Part shown: in pieces, positions 60,763 through 64,000 of the stretch
Position numbering within the stretch: the stretch's first letter is position 1
Layout: each line of letters begins with the position of its first letter
Assembly (NCBI GenBank): GCA_963816145.1
Contig: CAWFJP010000014.1
Span: 1 to 64,000 of the forward strand
Origin: an uncultured delta proteobacterium
Lineage (GTDB): Bacteria; Desulfobacterota; Binatia; UBA9968
DNA length: 64,000 nt
Direction: 5' to 3'
The notes under the pieces: generated by a model
What the model was told of the DNA's origin: nothing
Databases searched by the model: none
Seen by the model: the letters and a program-made list of their open reading frames with translations, nothing else
Program-made: the position numbers and the translations under genes

Positions 60763-62379
60763 ATGAAGCGATTTTTCCAGATCCATGGGTTGCTGCCGGC
60801 GGCTAGATTTCTGCCGTTGATGGCATTGCTTCTAATGATTGCGGGTTCAGCGACCGCGGCCGAAGCGCCGCATCCGGGCGGAGAGTTGGTCTTCGCCGTC
60901 GGCGAAACCCCACCGTCTTACGACGGCCACCGCGAAACCACGTTCGGTATGCTTCATCCGGTGGCGCCCCATTACAGCACTCTGCTGCGTTTCGATCCGC
61001 AGAACTATCCGAAGATCGTCGGCGACGTGGCTGAAAGCTGGACGTCGTCGCGCGACGGCTTGACGGTCACCTTCAAGATTCGTAAGGGCATCAAGTTTCA
61101 CGATGGTTCAGCGCTGACCGCTCATGACGTCAAAGCGACCTACGACAAGATCATCTTCCCGGCCGAAGGGGTCGCTAGCGCGCGCAAGGCGTTGTATGCA
61201 ATGGTCGACAAGATCGAAGCGCCAGATGACTTTACGGTGGTCTTCAAACTCAAGCATATCGCCGCGTCGTTTCTCGCCAACCTGGCGTCGCCGTGGAACT
61301 TCATTTACAGCGCGGCGAAGCTCAAACAAGATCCGCGCTGGTACGAAAAAAATGTCATGGGCTCTGGCCCTTTTATCTTTGTCGAGCATGTCGCCGGTTC
61401 GCACTGGGTCGGCAAGAAAAATCCCAATTACTTCATGGCTGGCCGGCCGTATCTCGACGGCTTCAAGGCGGTATTCATTCGTGACACCGCGCCGCGGGTG
61501 GCGGCGGTGCGCAGCGGTCAGGCGATGGTGGAGTTTCGCGGCTTCAATCCGGCGGCGCGTGATGACATCGTCAAATCGCTCGGCAAAAAGGCGGTGGTCC
61601 AGGAGAGTCCCTGGGCGTGTAATATTTTAGTCGCTTTCAACAACGAGAAGAAACCATTCAGCGATCCGCGTGTGCGCCGCGCTCTGACGCTGGCGATCGA
61701 TCGTAACGAAGCGTCGAAGGCGTTGGCGCAGATCTCAGTGATGAAATTTATCGGCGGGGTATTTCGGCCAGGATCGGAATTCGCAACCCCGCCGGCCGAA
61801 CTCAGCAAGTTGCCCGGTTTCGGCTCGAACATCGACGGCGCGCGCGCCGAGGCCAAGCGCTTGCTCAAAGAAGCCGGCGTCGCGGAAGGGTTCTCGTTTG
61901 TGCTCAAGAACCGCAATGTCAAGGAACCCTATGAAGTCAGCGGGGTTTATTTAGTCGACCAGTGGCGCAAGATCGGTCTCAATGTGACGCACCAACCGCT
62001 CGAGGGCGGGCCCTATTTCAACGATTTACGCCAGGGCAATTTCGAAGCGGGCGTCGACTTCGATTGTGAATTCATGGACGAACCGGATCTTTATCTGCTC
62101 AAGTACTTGAGCAGCGACAAGAGTCCGGTGAATTACTCGCGCTACAAGGATCCGACCCTCGACGAACTCTACGAGCGGCAGAGCCGCATGTTGGACTTAA
62201 AGGATCGTTTACCGATCATCCGGCAGATGGAAAAGCGCGCGATCGGCGATCAGGCGTATCAGTTTCCATTACTTTGGTGGCAGCGGGTGATTCCGCATAA
62301 CAGCCGACTCAAGGGCTGGAAGATTGGGCCGAGTCACTACGTCAACCAAGACCTGCGCGATGTCTGGTTGGGGCAGTGA
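60763..62379 (+). CDS. ABC peptide/nickel substrate-binding protein, family 5 (DppA/OppA-like)
   Basis: GDVAESW, FKIRKGIKFHDG..LTAHDV, GSGPF, PFSDPRVRRAL. Confidence 0.92.
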   Translation: MKRFFQIHGLLPAARFLPLMALLLMIAGSATAAEAPHPGGELVFAVGETPPSYDGHRETTFGMLHPVAPHYSTLLRFDPQNYPKIVGDVAESWTSSRDGLTVTFKIRKGIKFHDGSALTAHDVKATYDKIIFPAEGVASARKALYAMVDKIEAPDDFTVVFKLKHIAASFLANLASPWNFIYSAAKLKQDPRWYEKNVMGSGPFIFVEHVAGSHWVGKKNPNYFMAGRPYLDGFKAVFIRDTAPRVAAVRSGQAMVEFRGFNPAARDDIVKSLGKKAVVQESPWACNILVAFNNEKKPFSDPRVRRALTLAIDRNEASKALAQISVMKFIGGVFRPGSEFATPPAELSKLPGFGSNIDGARAEAKRLLKEAGVAEGFSFVLKNRNVKEPYEVSGVYLVDQWRKIGLNVTHQPLEGGPYFNDLRQGNFEAGVDFDCEFMDEPDLYLLKYLSSDKSPVNYSRYKDPTLDELYERQSRMLDLKDRLPIIRQMEKRAIGDQAYQFPLLWWQRVIPHNSRLKGWKIGPSHYVNQDLRDVWLGQ

Positions 62380-62380
62380 A

Positions 62381-62522
62381 TGAAGGCAACAGGCAAAAGT
62401 TCAAAGGTAAAAGACAAGACTGGGCGGATGATCGATGATTGAGGATCGAGAATAGAGAATCGACGATTCCGCAGTCAGTCGTGCGCCATTCTCCCTCCTC
62501 GATTCGCTACCCTCGACCCGGT
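62381..62522. repeat. Degenerate heptamer repeats, partly inverted
   Basis: gatcgatgattgaggatcgagaatagagaatcgacg ... ctcctcgattcgctaccctcgacc. Confidence 0.5.
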
Positions 62523-62527
62523 AGAAA

Positions 62528-63481
62528 ATGAGCCGATACATTTTCAAGCGCTTGCTGCTGATGATTCCGACGTTGTTCGGCGTCGCCCTGCTGGTATTTT
62601 TTCTCCTGCGCGTGGCCCCCGGCGATATTGTCGAACTCAAGTACGCCGGAAGCGGCACGTTTGCGCCCAAGGAGGCGCTCGATCGCGAGCGCGCCCAATT
62701 GGGCCTCGATCGACCCTTAGCGGAGCAGTTCGCCAGCTGGATCGCCGGCATCGCGCGTTTCGACTTCGGTATTTCAATGTGGACCGGGCGGCCGATCACC
62801 GAGGAAATCAAGATCCGTCTGGAACTCAGTGTGCAGCTGGCCCTGATGGCGACGTTGGTGGCGGTGTTGATCGCTATTCCCGCCGGTACGCTGGCAGCGC
62901 TTAAGCAGGATACCTGGATCGATTACCTCGTGCGCATTGTTTCCATCGGCGGCCTGGCAATGCCGTCGTTTTGGCTTGGCATCGTGATCATTCTTGGCTT
63001 TCTCATCGTTTTCAAATGGATGCCGCCATTGACGTTTACCTCCTTTTGGATCGATCCATGGGCCAACCTCACCCAGATGATTTGGCCCGCGCTGGCGGTT
63101 GGCTACCGCTACTCGGCGATGTCGACGCGTATGACCCGGTCGGCGGTTCTCGAGGTGCTGCGCGAAGATTACGTGCGCACGGCGCGAGCCAAGGGCTTGT
63201 TGGAGAGCGCCGTGGTGATCAAACACGCGCTGCGTAATGCGCTGTTGCCGGTCGTTACCGTGATCGGTCTTGAGTTCGCCTTTTTGATCGGCGGACTGGT
63301 CGTCACCGAGCAGGTGTTTAACTTGAACGGCATCGGCATGTTGTTCGTCGAGTCGATCACCCACCGCGATTACACCATGACCCAAGCCTTGGTGTTGCTG
63401 GTATCGTTCGCTTTTATTTTCATGAACCTGCTGGTCGACTTGCTTTACGCCTACCTCGATCCGCGGATTCATTACCAATGA
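62528..63481 (+). CDS. ABC peptide transporter permease (DppB/OppB)
   Basis: YIFKRLL, PGD, LGLDRP, DFGIS, EDYVRTARAKGL, KHALRNA. Confidence 0.93.
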   Translation: MSRYIFKRLLLMIPTLFGVALLVFFLLRVAPGDIVELKYAGSGTFAPKEALDRERAQLGLDRPLAEQFASWIAGIARFDFGISMWTGRPITEEIKIRLELSVQLALMATLVAVLIAIPAGTLAALKQDTWIDYLVRIVSIGGLAMPSFWLGIVIILGFLIVFKWMPPLTFTSFWIDPWANLTQMIWPALAVGYRYSAMSTRMTRSAVLEVLREDYVRTARAKGLLESAVVIKHALRNALLPVVTVIGLEFAFLIGGLVVTEQVFNLNGIGMLFVESITHRDYTMTQALVLLVSFAFIFMNLLVDLLYAYLDPRIHYQ

Positions 63482-63491
63482 GTCCGCGCCA

Positions 63492-64000
63492 GTGATCCAT
63501 TCCTCTGCTGCCACTGCATTGCGCATGTTCATTTCCCGGCGCTCCTTGGGCGCCGCCGGCGCGTTGATTATCATTGTGATGGCGCTGGCTGCGCTCTTGG
63601 CAAATTGGCTCGCACCCTACGATCCGTTGGAGAACGATTTCAGCGCGATGTTGCAGGCGCCAGGGTGGCATCATTGGCTCGGCACCGATTCCTTCGGCCG
63701 CGATGTCCTTTCACGGATACTTTACGGCGCGCGCACGGCGCTATGGATCGGTTTCTGTTCGTCCATTATCGGCACGACCGCGGGCACGATCATCGGCGTC
63801 TCAAGCGCGTATTTCGGCGGGCGCGTCGATTTGTCGACGCAGCGCTTGATGGATATTCTTTTGTCATTTCCTTTGATCGTGCTGGCTTTGGTTGTAGTGG
63901 CAATCATGGGATCGGGGATCTGGAACGTGATTTTCGCGATCGCCGTGCCGATGATCCCGCGCGCCGCCTTGGTGGTGCGCAGCAGCGCGCTGGCGCTGCG
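63492..64000 (+). CDS. ABC peptide transporter permease (DppC/OppC), runs off the window
   Basis: LAPYDP, HWLGTDSFGRDVLSRILYGARTAL, YFGGRVD; start uncertain (GTG 63492 or a later ATG). Confidence 0.88.
   Translation, partial: MIHSSAATALRMFISRRSLGAAGALIIIVMALAALLANWLAPYDPLENDFSAMLQAPGWHHWLGTDSFGRDVLSRILYGARTALWIGFCSSIIGTTAGTIIGVSSAYFGGRVDLSTQRLMDILLSFPLIVLALVVVAIMGSGIWNVIFAIAVPMIPRAALVVRSSALAL

Overview
64 kb of GC-rich bacterial chromosome dominated by transport and catabolic genes: MFS transporters, an M16 peptidase pair, a CCA-adding enzyme coupled to a lone xanthine-dehydrogenase-family large subunit, TTT (TctC and a TctA-TctB fusion) transporters, ALDH/aminotransferase, an amidohydrolase and an Opp/Dpp ABC operon. 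Nine NMT1/SsuA-type substrate-binding protein (SBP) genes have no permease or ATPase in the window, and six of them form a tandem array. This gene content resembles Candidatus Binatia-like soil bacteria (inference only). Accessory features: (i) a ~4 kb island (33.4-37.5 kb) with toxin-antitoxin genes, a PD-(D/E)xK nuclease-like gene and an apparently captured adenylate cyclase-HDAC operon fragment; (ii) a complete ISAs1-family element with terminal inverted repeats (TIRs), an exact 10-bp target duplication, a DUF4338/DruA-like domain fused to the transposase and a -1 frameshift site; (iii) several families of intergenic palindromes, some nested inside one another; (iv) a Rrf2/CymR-led sulfate assimilation and siroheme cluster whose middle part is full of frameshifts (assembly errors or decay); (v) a membrane protein with a possible TIR-like domain. 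No rRNA, tRNA or CRISPR array was seen. All calls are from reading motifs by eye; no searches were run.
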